Positions 39,013-49,554 of a stretch of DNA of 64,000 bases are shown here, in pieces; position 1 is the stretch's first letter, and each line of letters begins with the position of its first letter. Below the pieces are notes generated by a model that was not told where the DNA came from, did no database searches, and worked only from the letters and a program-made list of their open reading frames with translations. The DNA lies in NCBI GenBank assembly GCA_018883125.1, contig VEQR01000003.1, positions 178 to 64,177 of the forward strand, given 5' to 3'. The translations under genes and the position numbers were made by a program. The stretch is from Candidatus Kapaibacterium sp. Its GTDB lineage: Bacteria > Bacteroidota > Ignavibacteria > Kapaibacteriales > Kapaibacteriaceae.

Positions 39013-42000
39013 ATGCCGTTGATGTTCCGCATTCTTGCGCTGGTAATGCCGTTCGTGCTGCCGATGATGGCTTTGGCACAATTGTCATTCACTCCAACGA
39101 GTGTGGACCGTTTGCGGTCGCGCGAGCCCCTTCCCAAGGGAGCATCCCTTGTAACACCGCCCGTAGGTATGGTTGAGGCACTGCGTCCGGACGTGCCCGT
39201 GACGATGCGACTTCCCCTGCAGGGACGCGTGGTATCGATCTCGGGAGCGGGATTCCAGCTATTCACGCATGACGCGGTGTTGGTGGATCGCACCGCGGAG
39301 GGTGAAGTGATCCATGACCTGCCGGTACATGGATTGTTTCGTGGCAGCATCGATGGCATGCCCGGATCATCGGTATTTCTTGCCGCTTTCCCGACGCACG
39401 TGGTGGGCATCATCGACGTGCCGGAACCTGATGGCAAGCGACGCTACCTAATCTCTCCCGATACGGTGATAAGCGGACGCGTTGCCACGCATGTCGTGTA
39501 CGAGGTCACCCCAGGAATGGGAACGCCCCGCGATTGTCACGCCGAAACCTTGCCGGAGTATCAGCGTCAGTCAGATTCAATCTTCGCCATGGTGGCATCG
39601 TGGGATCGCATGAAGGGGGCTGAGGACGAACCTCTTGATGCAACGCGAAAGACACTGCAACTGGCCCTCGACTGCACGTTCTCGTTTTACACCAATCTCG
39701 GCAGCAACCTTGCCACGGCTGCAACATCGGCCATCGCTATCATTGCCGCCGATGCTATGGTCTTTTCACGTGATGCCAATGTGATCATCCGTGTGCCGTA
39801 CCTGCGCGTGTGGACGTCAGCGGATCCGTATCCCGGTGATATTGGAGAGAAGTTGGGCAAGGTCCGTGAGCACTGGAGTGCCAACATGCAGCACGTCAAT
39901 CGCAGTGTTACGTGTCTCATCTCCGGCGAAGGCGGTGGTGGTCTGGCATGGGTTGGTGTTCTGTGCGGTGGTTACGGCTTTAACGTCTCCGGCGTTGACG
40001 GACGAGTGAACTTTCCGGCACCCGGATATCAGTGGGACGTGGATGTGACGTCTCACGAGCTCGGACATAACATCGGTTCTTCGCATACGCACAACTGCGG
40101 GTGGAATCCTCCGATCGATTCGTGCTGGAATGCCGAAGGCGGCTGCTACGCAGGAACGAAGGCGCGCCGTGGAACGATCATGAGCTACTGCCACCTGCAA
40201 AATCAAGGAACGGAGCTGCAGTTCCATCCACGGGTTGCCTCACTCTTCAACCGCGTTCTGGCCAACACCCCCTGCAACACTACTGAACCGTCACAACAGG
40301 ATACAGACCTTGCGGTGATCGACATCCGCATGCCGATCAACGGGGCAACGGTGATCACCAAGCAGAACTTTGCACCGTCAGCGGTGGTCAAGAATTTCGG
40401 ACAACGGTCGGTGACCGGAGCCACGGTGCGGTGTTCGCTGACGCGTCTCAATAACACGGTCAGCAAGACGATGACGGCCACCCTTGGTCGACTCGACCCC
40501 GGGCAGTCGCAGCTGGTGACATTCAACGCCGTCTCTCTCGACACCGCAGACAGCTACCTGGCTCGTGTGACCCTTGAACTTGCGACGGACAAGTTCACAA
40601 CCAACAATATCCTGACGCGCCCCTTCCGTGTTGCTGACCGCGATTCGGGTACTGTGAAGGTTGTCTCGCCCAATGGGGGCGAAACGCTTGTTTCCGGCAC
40701 AACGGTCGACATCAAGTTCACGGCAGCTAATGCGCCGGCGGTATTCATCGAGTACTCGACTAACAGTGGTGATGACTGGACCACTGTGCAGCGTCAGGTG
40801 GAATCAGCCAAGGGCACCTACGCCTGGTCCGTGCCGTTCACACCGTCACGGAGTTGTCTGGTGCGCGTGCGCAGCACAGTGAATTCTTCTGCCTCTGACG
40901 TCTCCGACGCTGTTTTCACCATTGCCACCGAGCGCGATGTGCAGGCCTATGACATCGTGAATCCGTCGATCGATGGGACGATCAATACGCCCCTTGCCTC
41001 TCGGGTGGTGGTTCGTAATAATGGCACGCTCGACGTCGTTGACGTGTCTGTGCGGCTGACGATGCGATGGAATCGTGCAACGGCTCCATCATACGACACA
41101 ACGGTTTCGATAGCTGTTCTTAAGGGGCTTGCCCAGGATACCATTGTGATGCCGGCATCGGCTGTGCTGGCCAATGGCATCCACTACATCGAGATGAACG
41201 TTGATGCCAAGCAGGACATCGACAAGTCCAACAACCGCTTCTGGCGTGAGTTCACAGCCAAGGGGCTTACACCGCCGTCGGGTGTGCGCTTGGAGGCCGG
41301 ACCCAATCGCGTGATCGTCTCATGGTCGCTATTGGAGTCTGATGCCTCGACTCGCGTGGAGCTCTTCCGTGGTGATGATCAATCCGGGCTTCAGAAGATC
41401 CGAACGTTCCGGCCTTCAGTCAATACATTCGTTGATGATGGTCTGGAAAATGGACGTCGGTACTTCTATGCGCTCAGAGCCGTAAAGGGATCCCTGATCA
41501 GCGTGTTCACCCCGGTTGTTGGGGAGCGTCCGAATACCTATCCGACCGGAGCGGACCTCTCAGCCCCGTCGGTGATATCGCCCGTTGATGCAACGCAAAG
41601 TGTGCCAGCCTTGGCAGATCTGGTATGGGGCACCGTGCAAGGGGCTGATCAATACGAGATCAACGTTGCTACAGACGCGGCATTCCAGGATCTCGAAGAA
41701 GTGTACGTGGTCCGTGACGCCGGCACGATTGTGGTACCATTCGACTTCGGCGTCACACGCCGCTGGCGCGTGCGGGCGTTGAACCAGACGATGACCGGAC
41801 CGTGGTCGGCCACTTCGACCTTCATCACAACGAAGAACTGTGCCGGTTCGGCACTGTCGTTCGATGGTTCTGCTCAGCGAGCCACGGATCCTACCCTGAC
41901 GTGGGCCGGAGGCCCGGTAACGGTTGAATTCTGGACCTACGTCAAGCGCTCAACGCTTCGTCCCACCACGTCGTTCATGATCAGCGAAGCCGACAATGCC

Positions 42001-43989
42001 GGCAACCGGTTCCAGTCGCACTGTCCATGGGAAGACGGACGCATCTACTGGGACTACGGTGACATCGGCGGTAAGGGGCGAATATCTACCGCATTTGGTG
42101 ATGCGAATTTCGACCGCTGGACGCATATCGCGATGGTCAGTGACGGCGCAACCTTCAAAGCGATCTACATCAACGGAGAGTTGGCCGCCAAGGCCGACGA
42201 TGCAGCACAGCCAACAGGGCTGAAGAACCTCATCATTGGTGGTCCGGTGGGTAATCAGTGGAACTTCAACGGTCTCATCGATGAATTCCGCATCTGGAAT
42301 GTTGTCCGCTCGGGCGAGGAGATCCGCTCAACGCTCGGCGGCCGCATGCCGCAATCAACCGAAAACACGCGTGTTGTTGGTTGGTGGCGTTTTGACGAAG
42401 GGTCCGGCACCACGGCAAAGGATGCCGTGCGAGGTCGGAGCCTAACGCTCGGTGCCGCTACGCTCTGGACGCCAAGCGAGGCGGGCATCAATTGCGATGA
42501 TCCCGTAACGCCCCCTGCCCCGTCGATCACCGGCGGCACGGGTACGGCACCTGCGATTCGTTCCAGCGTGCATGATGTAAGCTGGACGCCATCGACGGTG
42601 AACCGCGGAACGGTCTGGTATCAGCTGCAGGTTGCCGATACGTCGGGCATAAACATCCTTGCCGATATCAACAACATCACCTCTGAGAAGGGGGCGGCAT
42701 CGGTCACGTATTCTCTCCGCGGACTTCCTGCGGATTCGCTACTGTCCATCCGCGTGCGCGCCCGTAGCACCTTCGGCACGGGGCCATGGACGTCTGCAAC
42801 ACTAAAGACGCTGACGCCATGCACGAACAATGCCGTTACTCTCGATGGATCGGGAATCCGTCTTACGTCTGAGGATTTCTCCTACAAGGGGCGAGCCACA
42901 ACCGTTGAATACTGGAGCCGTGTTGACTCGGCACAGGTAATGAATAGCGTGTCGTTCATGATCGGCACTGCGGATGTCCCAACCAACCGATTCCAGTCAC
43001 ATGCACCGTGGGGAGATAAAAATCTTTATTGGGACATTGGTAACTGGCAGGAGTCGGGTCGTCTTTCGACGTCCTATGCCAGCAACATTGGCCAGTGGAC
43101 ACACGTTGCTCTTGTGAGTAATGGACACGACTCGATGGCGATCTATTACAATGGGAAACTGGCAACTCAATCGGCATCAACCAGCACAACCGGTGATCTG
43201 CGCCAGCTGACCATCGGTGGTAACCCGTTTTCGCGTACCTACTGGAAGGGCAGCATCCGCGACTTCCGTGTTTGGAACACGATGCGCAGTGAGCGTCAAA
43301 TTCGTGAGTCGATGTTCGATCGCATCACTGAACGTCAAAGCGGATTGCTCGGCACGTGGCTGCTTGATGAAGGGAAGGGGCTTCGCGCATTCGATGTGAC
43401 ATACCGCTCAGGTGCGGCGCGCAGCGATGTTGAATTCCGTTGGGACGCGACGTCTCAGAAGCTTGCCCACGCTTCGGCCGTTGTGCGCGGACGCCGCATC
43501 GTGCAGCGCGGTGATACCGCCGAGTACCAGGTGCGGGAGGTTCGCGACGCTTCGTACTCGTGGAGCGTTAAGGGCGGCGCGCTGCAGTCAGACCCATCGG
43601 CAACGAATGCCGTTGTCAAGTGGAATGCTACGGACTCGGTCGGCTCACTTGTCCTGCGCCGCACGTGGCCGGGAGGCTGCACGGACGAAACGCGCATTCC
43701 TGTTACGCTGCCGGTGCTTGTCTCGGTCGATGATGATGAGACGTTGGTCGTTGCCGGCAATGATGCTCCACGCCTGATGCCGAACCCCGCCAATGATGTT
43801 GTGAGGATCTCCGTTTCTCGAGCTGCAAATCTCGAGATCGTTGATGTCCATGGACGTGTGGTTTTACGACGCGATATCAGCGTTGGTGACACGGATGTCG
43901 CAGTGAGCGACTTTGCGCAGGGTTCCTACTATGCGCGAGTTACCACGTCGATGACGACAACGACACTGCCATTTGTGATTCGCCGATAG
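39013..43989 (+). CDS. Giant secreted multidomain protein (1658 aa): zincin metalloprotease (reprolysin/M12B-like) + CARDB/FN3-like + 2x LamG + T9SS C-terminal domain
   Basis: It has a signal peptide and the zinc motif HELGHNIGSSHTH. The LamG-type motifs are IDEFRIWNVVRSGEEIRS and IRDFRVWNTMRSERQIRES. The T9SS CTD reads LMPNPANDVVRISVS...IVDVHGR...GSYYARV. Confidence 0.75.
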   Translation: MPLMFRILALVMPFVLPMMALAQLSFTPTSVDRLRSREPLPKGASLVTPPVGMVEALRPDVPVTMRLPLQGRVVSISGAGFQLFTHDAVLVDRTAEGEVIHDLPVHGLFRGSIDGMPGSSVFLAAFPTHVVGIIDVPEPDGKRRYLISPDTVISGRVATHVVYEVTPGMGTPRDCHAETLPEYQRQSDSIFAMVASWDRMKGAEDEPLDATRKTLQLALDCTFSFYTNLGSNLATAATSAIAIIAADAMVFSRDANVIIRVPYLRVWTSADPYPGDIGEKLGKVREHWSANMQHVNRSVTCLISGEGGGGLAWVGVLCGGYGFNVSGVDGRVNFPAPGYQWDVDVTSHELGHNIGSSHTHNCGWNPPIDSCWNAEGGCYAGTKARRGTIMSYCHLQNQGTELQFHPRVASLFNRVLANTPCNTTEPSQQDTDLAVIDIRMPINGATVITKQNFAPSAVVKNFGQRSVTGATVRCSLTRLNNTVSKTMTATLGRLDPGQSQLVTFNAVSLDTADSYLARVTLELATDKFTTNNILTRPFRVADRDSGTVKVVSPNGGETLVSGTTVDIKFTAANAPAVFIEYSTNSGDDWTTVQRQVESAKGTYAWSVPFTPSRSCLVRVRSTVNSSASDVSDAVFTIATERDVQAYDIVNPSIDGTINTPLASRVVVRNNGTLDVVDVSVRLTMRWNRATAPSYDTTVSIAVLKGLAQDTIVMPASAVLANGIHYIEMNVDAKQDIDKSNNRFWREFTAKGLTPPSGVRLEAGPNRVIVSWSLLESDASTRVELFRGDDQSGLQKIRTFRPSVNTFVDDGLENGRRYFYALRAVKGSLISVFTPVVGERPNTYPTGADLSAPSVISPVDATQSVPALADLVWGTVQGADQYEINVATDAAFQDLEEVYVVRDAGTIVVPFDFGVTRRWRVRALNQTMTGPWSATSTFITTKNCAGSALSFDGSAQRATDPTLTWAGGPVTVEFWTYVKRSTLRPTTSFMISEADNAGNRFQSHCPWEDGRIYWDYGDIGGKGRISTAFGDANFDRWTHIAMVSDGATFKAIYINGELAAKADDAAQPTGLKNLIIGGPVGNQWNFNGLIDEFRIWNVVRSGEEIRSTLGGRMPQSTENTRVVGWWRFDEGSGTTAKDAVRGRSLTLGAATLWTPSEAGINCDDPVTPPAPSITGGTGTAPAIRSSVHDVSWTPSTVNRGTVWYQLQVADTSGINILADINNITSEKGAASVTYSLRGLPADSLLSIRVRARSTFGTGPWTSATLKTLTPCTNNAVTLDGSGIRLTSEDFSYKGRATTVEYWSRVDSAQVMNSVSFMIGTADVPTNRFQSHAPWGDKNLYWDIGNWQESGRLSTSYASNIGQWTHVALVSNGHDSMAIYYNGKLATQSASTSTTGDLRQLTIGGNPFSRTYWKGSIRDFRVWNTMRSERQIRESMFDRITERQSGLLGTWLLDEGKGLRAFDVTYRSGAARSDVEFRWDATSQKLAHASAVVRGRRIVQRGDTAEYQVREVRDASYSWSVKGGALQSDPSATNAVVKWNATDSVGSLVLRRTWPGGCTDETRIPVTLPVLVSVDDDETLVVAGNDAPRLMPNPANDVVRISVSRAANLEIVDVHGRVVLRRDISVGDTDVAVSDFAQGSYYARVTTSMTTTTLPFVIRR

Positions 43990-43999
43990 CCCCCTACCG

Positions 44000-44485
44000 A
44001 TGTTTACATTGCCTGAATCATCATCCGACGCGCCCACGATGCGAGATGCCGTCTTGACAACTGTGGCGCATATCACAGACGGGGAGCATGACCTGATCGC
44101 GAACTGTGCGAATGTAGCCTCGGTGCTCTACCACTCGCTTGCCGACGTGAATTGGGCCGGGTTCTATCTGTATGACGGCTCCGAGCTTGTGCTTGGACCT
44201 TTCCATGGCAAGCCCGCCTGCATTCGCATTGCGCTCGGACGTGGCGTTTGCGGAACCTCTGCCGCCGAGCGTCGCACGATCGTGGTGGATGATGTTGAAG
44301 CATTCCCCGGACACATTGCCTGTGATGCGGCAAGTCGCAGTGAGATCGTTGTGCCGATGCTTCGCGATGGACGTCTTGTGGGAGTGCTTGACGTTGACAG
44401 TCCCCGCGTTGAACGGTTCTCCTCCGATGATGCGCAGATGATGGCGTCGATCGTCGACATTCTGATGTCACGCTTGACCCGGTAA
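44000..44485 (+). CDS. GAF domain protein (free methionine-(R)-sulfoxide reductase-like)
   Basis: NWAGFYL...LVLGPFHGKPACIRIALGRGVCGTSA...FPGHIACDAASRSEIVVPM matches the fRMsr/YebR-type GAF domain. Confidence 0.75.
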   Translation: MFTLPESSSDAPTMRDAVLTTVAHITDGEHDLIANCANVASVLYHSLADVNWAGFYLYDGSELVLGPFHGKPACIRIALGRGVCGTSAAERRTIVVDDVEAFPGHIACDAASRSEIVVPMLRDGRLVGVLDVDSPRVERFSSDDAQMMASIVDILMSRLTR

Positions 44486-44501
44486 ACTGCTCATAGAGGA
44501 C

Positions 44502-46181
44502 ATGAAAAGTCCTCGAGCTTCACCATCGCTGTTTCTCCTCGCTGTTATCTCCGCTGTGCTTGCTGCCGCGGCCTCAGCGGGTGCTCAGATTCTCATCACC
44601 GAGATCCACCCAACGCCGTCTTCCGGAGAGCCGGAATGGGTGGAATGCGTCAACACCGGAACCAGGCCGATACGGCTTGAAGGATGGCGTGTGTGTGATA
44701 ACCGAACGTGTGTCGAGATCCCCGTGACGACACTGTCGGCAGGGGGCTTTCTGGTCCTTGTCCGCGATTCCGAAGCACTGGCTGAATCCCGTTCACTTCC
44801 CGGTACCACAGTTGTTGCTGAGTGCCCTCTGCCGTCGCTGAACAACAGTGTCGACCGTGTGGAAATGCGTCGAGCGGATTCGTCGATCGTTGATAGCCTG
44901 ACGTATGATGTGCGTAAGAACCGTCGTGGCGTGAGTATCGAGAGGTGCGGTGTATGGCAAAATGGACTCGTGATCTACGATCAGGCGTGGGGTCCGTGCA
45001 TGCGGCGCGACAGTGCCTCGTGTGGATCGCTGAACTCCTGTGTGCGCTTGCCCAATGACGTGCGGGTGCTTCCGGCAAATGTGGAGGATTCTTCGGTGTC
45101 GATCTCCTTCATGAATGTCGGAAGTCTCCCTTCCGGCCAACGGCGTCGGATCATCGATTGTGGGGACGTCCGCATTCGTGATGTCCTGCCGGCACTCGAC
45201 CCGCAACAGGTTGATCATGTTCGGATCGAACGCAACCGCATCGGACTGCATGACAGCGTGCGTGCGGTTGCCATCCGCGTGGTGATCACCTCGGCTGACG
45301 ATAGACCAGAAAACGACACGCTCGAGCAGATGCTTATTGTGCCCACTGTTGAGCCCCGTATCACCATTACCGAAATGATGGCCGAACCCAATGAGCGTCA
45401 GTCGGAATACATCGAGATCTGGAATGGAACGCCGGTGGCTCTCGATGTAGCCGGGTGGACGCTTGAGGATGCTTCGGGTAAGCGCGCCAGCATCATGCCG
45501 CCTGCCCGAGTGGAGCCAGGATGCTATCTGGCCGTTTCTGCCGACACATCCATCGCACCCATGGTGAGGTCTGCATCGTGGGCGCTAATGCGACCTGCCG
45601 TGAACATCAATTCCACCACCGACACCATAACTCTGCGGACGCCTCAGGGTCTGGTTGCGGACAGGGTTGCGTATGATTCGCGAAACCACGCGCATATACT
45701 CTCAACGCGGGGCATCTCTCTTGAGCGCCGATCGCCGTGGTCGAACAATCCCATGGAGGGTGCTTTATGGACCTCGTCAACCGATGTGTCAGGGGGCACA
45801 CCCGGACGGAGCAACAGCGTCGGACGTCCACCACCGGTCATCTCCGGAATGCGAAGCTGGCCCGATCCGTGCTCGGCCATTGAGTCGTCAACCCGTTACC
45901 CCTGCATCATTACATGGGAGCAGCCCCTTGAGCAGGGAATCGGACGCCTTCGGGTCTATCGCTCGGATGGTACAGCCGTATCTGAGCTCCTCAATGGTCA
46001 GCTCATCGGCAACAGTGGAAGCGCAGTCTGGGACGTCCGGGATGATGCAACGGGCGCACCAGTTCCTGTCGGCATCTATGTTGCCGTCCTTGAGTGTACC
46101 TCGCTGCAGACCCCGCAACATCATGTTGAGGGGTGTATCATCAACGTTGGCCAGACGGACGATATACCGCGAAAAAGATAA
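44502..46181 (+). CDS. Secreted protein with two lamin-tail (LTD) domains
   Basis: It has a signal peptide. ILITEIHPTPSSGEPEWVECVNTG...GWRV and ITITEMMAEPNERQSEYIEIWNGT...GWTL are LTD signatures. Confidence 0.65.
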   Translation: MKSPRASPSLFLLAVISAVLAAAASAGAQILITEIHPTPSSGEPEWVECVNTGTRPIRLEGWRVCDNRTCVEIPVTTLSAGGFLVLVRDSEALAESRSLPGTTVVAECPLPSLNNSVDRVEMRRADSSIVDSLTYDVRKNRRGVSIERCGVWQNGLVIYDQAWGPCMRRDSASCGSLNSCVRLPNDVRVLPANVEDSSVSISFMNVGSLPSGQRRRIIDCGDVRIRDVLPALDPQQVDHVRIERNRIGLHDSVRAVAIRVVITSADDRPENDTLEQMLIVPTVEPRITITEMMAEPNERQSEYIEIWNGTPVALDVAGWTLEDASGKRASIMPPARVEPGCYLAVSADTSIAPMVRSASWALMRPAVNINSTTDTITLRTPQGLVADRVAYDSRNHAHILSTRGISLERRSPWSNNPMEGALWTSSTDVSGGTPGRSNSVGRPPPVISGMRSWPDPCSAIESSTRYPCIITWEQPLEQGIGRLRVYRSDGTAVSELLNGQLIGNSGSAVWDVRDDATGAPVPVGIYVAVLECTSLQTPQHHVEGCIINVGQTDDIPRKR

Positions 46182-46225
46182 CACGGCCATGCACGAAACG
46201 ATCGGTAGCTTCGTGGACGTCAACC

Positions 46226-48367
46226 ATGATGAAGAAATCCTCTCCACAGCGGCGTTCATCCGCCAAGCGCGCGGGCGTTTCGACCGCTACGTCCAAGGGC
46301 GTTACCACAGCCGTCGATCTGGACGATGAGTCTCTGTATCTCAACCGCGAGCTCTCCTGGATAGAGTTCAACAAGCGCGTGCTGGAGGAAGCCGAAGATC
46401 CGACGCATCCGCTCCTTGAGCGACTGAAGTTCCTGTCGATCTTCTCTACCAATCTCGATGAGTTCTTCATGATCCGCGTGGCGGGTCTGCAGGAGCAGAT
46501 CACCTCCGGAGTGACGGAGCTATCGGAAGACGGCATGACGCCGCCGGATCAGATCAAGGAGATCCGCTCTCGCCTGTTGCCGCTCTATAAGCGCCACTCG
46601 ATGATCTGGCGCACGCAGGTCCGACCTTCGCTCGCAAAGGAAGGGATCATCATTCACGATATCAATGAGCTTACGGCAGATGAACAGGTCGAGGTAGAGC
46701 AGGACTTCATCGATAACATCATGCCGGTGCTTACGCCCCTTGCCCTCGATCCGGGCCACCCGTTTCCGCGACTTCTCAATCGATCTCTGACAGTGGCCTT
46801 TGTGCTGTATGATGAGATTGCCGCCGACGACGAATCACGAGTGGCCGTTGTTCAGCTTCCATCAGCCCTGCCACGCCTGATCAAACTTCAACGATCATCG
46901 GGGCACCACTACGTTCTGTTCGAGGACATTATTCGGGCCCATGCGGGACTGCTGTTTCCGGGGCATCGCATTGCCGAGAGTCACATCTTCCGCGTGACGC
47001 GTGATGCCGATGTGGAGATCGCCGAGGACGAGGCAAACGATCTTATGACCGCCGTTGCCGAGGGTATCCGCCAACGGCGTTGGGGCACCGATGCCGTCCG
47101 CATGGAAGTGGCTTCGGACATGCCCAAGGGGCTTATCCAGTTCTTCACGCGGGCGCTAGAGCTTGATGCGTCGGATGTCTATCATGTGGACGTACCGCTG
47201 AATCTGCAGGACTTCATGGTGCTGCTGCAGCTTGACAAACGCAAGCTCAAAGACGCCCCCTTCAACTCAAGCGTTCTTACGGAGTTTGACGCCGAGGGAC
47301 AGAACATTTTCGATACGCTCAAAGAGCGGGACGTTCTGGTTCACCATCCGTTCGATTCGTTCAGCAACTCGGTGGTGAAGTTCATTGAGGCGGCAGCCGA
47401 CGACCCGGATGTGCTGGCGATCAAGATCACGCTCTATCGCGCCGGCGGACGTTCACCGGTAATTGATGCCCTGCGTCGCGCGGCAAGCCTTGGGAAAAAC
47501 GTTACAGCCTTCGTTGAGCTGAAGGCTCGATTCGACGAGGAAACCAACATCGCGTGGGCAAAGACCCTGGAGCAGGCCGGCGTGCACGTTGTCTACGGCG
47601 TTATGGGGCTGAAGGTTCACTGCAAGGTCTGCCTGGTGATCCGCAAGGAGGGCCGCAATGTTCTCACCTATGCCCATGTTGCTACGGGTAACTATAACCT
47701 CTCCACGAGCCGCGTCTATACCGACGTAGGCATCTTCACCGGACGTCAGGAGTTCGAGCGAGACTTCGTGCATCTGTTCAATCTGCTGACGGGGTACTCA
47801 CGTCACGCCCAATGGCAATTCCTCGGCGTTGCTCCACTGAACCTTCGCGAAACATTCATTGGTCACATCGAAAGGGAGATCGAGCACCAGCAGGCCGGAC
47901 GTCAGGGATACATCATCGCCAAGATGAATGCTCTCATCGACGCCAAGATCATCAAGGCGCTCTACCGCGCATCAATGGCTGGTGTGAAGATCGACCTGAT
48001 TGTGCGTGGTGTGTGCTGCCTTCGTCCCGGAATCCCCGGCATCAGCGAGAACATCGTGGTGCGGAGCATACTGGACCGATTCCTCGAACATAGTCGCATC
48101 TTCTGGTTCCGCAATGGTGGTGAGGAAACGGTTGTGATTTCCAGTGCCGATTGGATGCCGCGAAACATGGAGCGTCGCGTTGAGATCGCCTTCCCGGTAT
48201 TGGATCGCCGGGCACGCAAGAAGCTGCGCGATATCCTTGCGCAGTACCTGGCTGATAACGTCAAGGCTCGGCTGCTGCAGAGTGATGGTTCGTATGTTCG
48301 TGTCGAGTCCGGCTCGACGTCCCTGCGTGTGCAGGCGGATATGCTGGCACAGCTCAAACGCCGATGA
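46226..48367 (+). CDS. ppk: Polyphosphate kinase 1
   Basis: YLNRELSWIEFNKRVLEEA, FLSIFSTNLDEFFMIRV and the PLD-like motif VHCKVCLV are canonical PPK1. The ATG is at 46226. Confidence 0.93.
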   Translation: MMKKSSPQRRSSAKRAGVSTATSKGVTTAVDLDDESLYLNRELSWIEFNKRVLEEAEDPTHPLLERLKFLSIFSTNLDEFFMIRVAGLQEQITSGVTELSEDGMTPPDQIKEIRSRLLPLYKRHSMIWRTQVRPSLAKEGIIIHDINELTADEQVEVEQDFIDNIMPVLTPLALDPGHPFPRLLNRSLTVAFVLYDEIAADDESRVAVVQLPSALPRLIKLQRSSGHHYVLFEDIIRAHAGLLFPGHRIAESHIFRVTRDADVEIAEDEANDLMTAVAEGIRQRRWGTDAVRMEVASDMPKGLIQFFTRALELDASDVYHVDVPLNLQDFMVLLQLDKRKLKDAPFNSSVLTEFDAEGQNIFDTLKERDVLVHHPFDSFSNSVVKFIEAAADDPDVLAIKITLYRAGGRSPVIDALRRAASLGKNVTAFVELKARFDEETNIAWAKTLEQAGVHVVYGVMGLKVHCKVCLVIRKEGRNVLTYAHVATGNYNLSTSRVYTDVGIFTGRQEFERDFVHLFNLLTGYSRHAQWQFLGVAPLNLRETFIGHIEREIEHQQAGRQGYIIAKMNALIDAKIIKALYRASMAGVKIDLIVRGVCCLRPGIPGISENIVVRSILDRFLEHSRIFWFRNGGEETVVISSADWMPRNMERRVEIAFPVLDRRARKKLRDILAQYLADNVKARLLQSDGSYVRVESGSTSLRVQADMLAQLKRR

Positions 48368-49554
48368 CCCTTGACCTGACGATTGCCCTACGATACATCC
48401 GTCCGCGACGATTTTCCTTCATCGGGTTGATCGGCGTCCTGTCTGGACTGGGCATCATTATCGGCACGGCGGCGCTGATCATCGTGATGTCCCTCTTCAA
48501 CGGATTTCGTGACGTGGCGCACGATCTGATGACGTCCTTCGGTCCGCATCTGCGCGTCGTCCCGACGTCAGGTTCTATTCTTGATGGCCATGCCCGGGGC
48601 TGGTCACCCATCTGGACCGCTACGCTCGTTGTGCAAGCCCCACAAGGAACCTCTGTTGTTCAGAGCATTGGCGTTGAGTCAGCCGATTCCGCAACGCTCA
48701 CCTCCCTGAAGGGGGCTCTGTTGGCCGGTTCGTGGCGTGTTGATACGCGCGACGGAATTGCACGGGCTGTTGTCAGTTCGGGTCTCGCACAGTCACTGAA
48801 TCTGTTGTTGGGTGATACGCTGTCGTTGATAAGTCCGCAGCAGGTGGAAGCCTCGCTAACGATGCTGACGTTGCCAACCGGCACGCCGATCATCGTTCAC
48901 GGCGTGTTCCAGTCGAACGCCTCGCGCGAGGTTGATGCGTCGACGATCTTTCTTCCGGCAGAGACCATGAAGCCCCTTGCCGGATCTGATGCACCAACCG
49001 AGTGGCATGTTCGACTTGCAGATCCGGATTCATCGGAGAGGGTGGCCGCTCGTTTGCAATCTGAACTCGGGAACAGAGCCGAAGTAGAAACCTGGCAGCA
49101 GATGAATCGTGGCGTGTACGACACGATGCGCCTCGAGCGATTGGGGTCATTCCTCGTGCTCATGCTCATCGTTGTGGTTGCCGCCTTCAGTATCCTTGTG
49201 TCGCTGACGATGGGTGTGGTGGAGAAACGTCACGACATTGCGATGCTGAAGTCCATGGGGCTTACCAACGCGATGATCGCCCGCATCTATATCTGGCAAG
49301 GCGTGATCATTGGTGTGGTCAGTTCTGGCGTTGGTACGCTTGTGGGGCTGGCGCTCTGCTATGGACAGCAGACCTTTCACTGGATACGCTTCGATATGGC
49401 TCAGGGGTATCTCATCCCAGCTTTGCCCCTTAGTGTGCAGACTTCGGACGTGGTGATCGTTGCCGTGTCATCGGTTCTTATCGCCTCTGCTGCGGCAGTC
49501 TATCCTGCCAGGCGTGCTGCGGCCTTAGAGCTGATCTCGTCGCAGACTCTGTAG
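48364..49554 (+). CDS. FtsX-like ABC transporter permease (LolC/LolE family)
   Basis: ALRYIRPRR.. at the N-terminus, a MacB-like periplasmic domain and a C-terminal FtsX fold (MLKSMGLTNAMI...YPARRAA) all fit. It has a 4-nt overlap with ppk. Confidence 0.75.
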   Translation: MTLDLTIALRYIRPRRFSFIGLIGVLSGLGIIIGTAALIIVMSLFNGFRDVAHDLMTSFGPHLRVVPTSGSILDGHARGWSPIWTATLVVQAPQGTSVVQSIGVESADSATLTSLKGALLAGSWRVDTRDGIARAVVSSGLAQSLNLLLGDTLSLISPQQVEASLTMLTLPTGTPIIVHGVFQSNASREVDASTIFLPAETMKPLAGSDAPTEWHVRLADPDSSERVAARLQSELGNRAEVETWQQMNRGVYDTMRLERLGSFLVLMLIVVVAAFSILVSLTMGVVEKRHDIAMLKSMGLTNAMIARIYIWQGVIIGVVSSGVGTLVGLALCYGQQTFHWIRFDMAQGYLIPALPLSVQTSDVVIVAVSSVLIASAAAVYPARRAAALELISSQTL

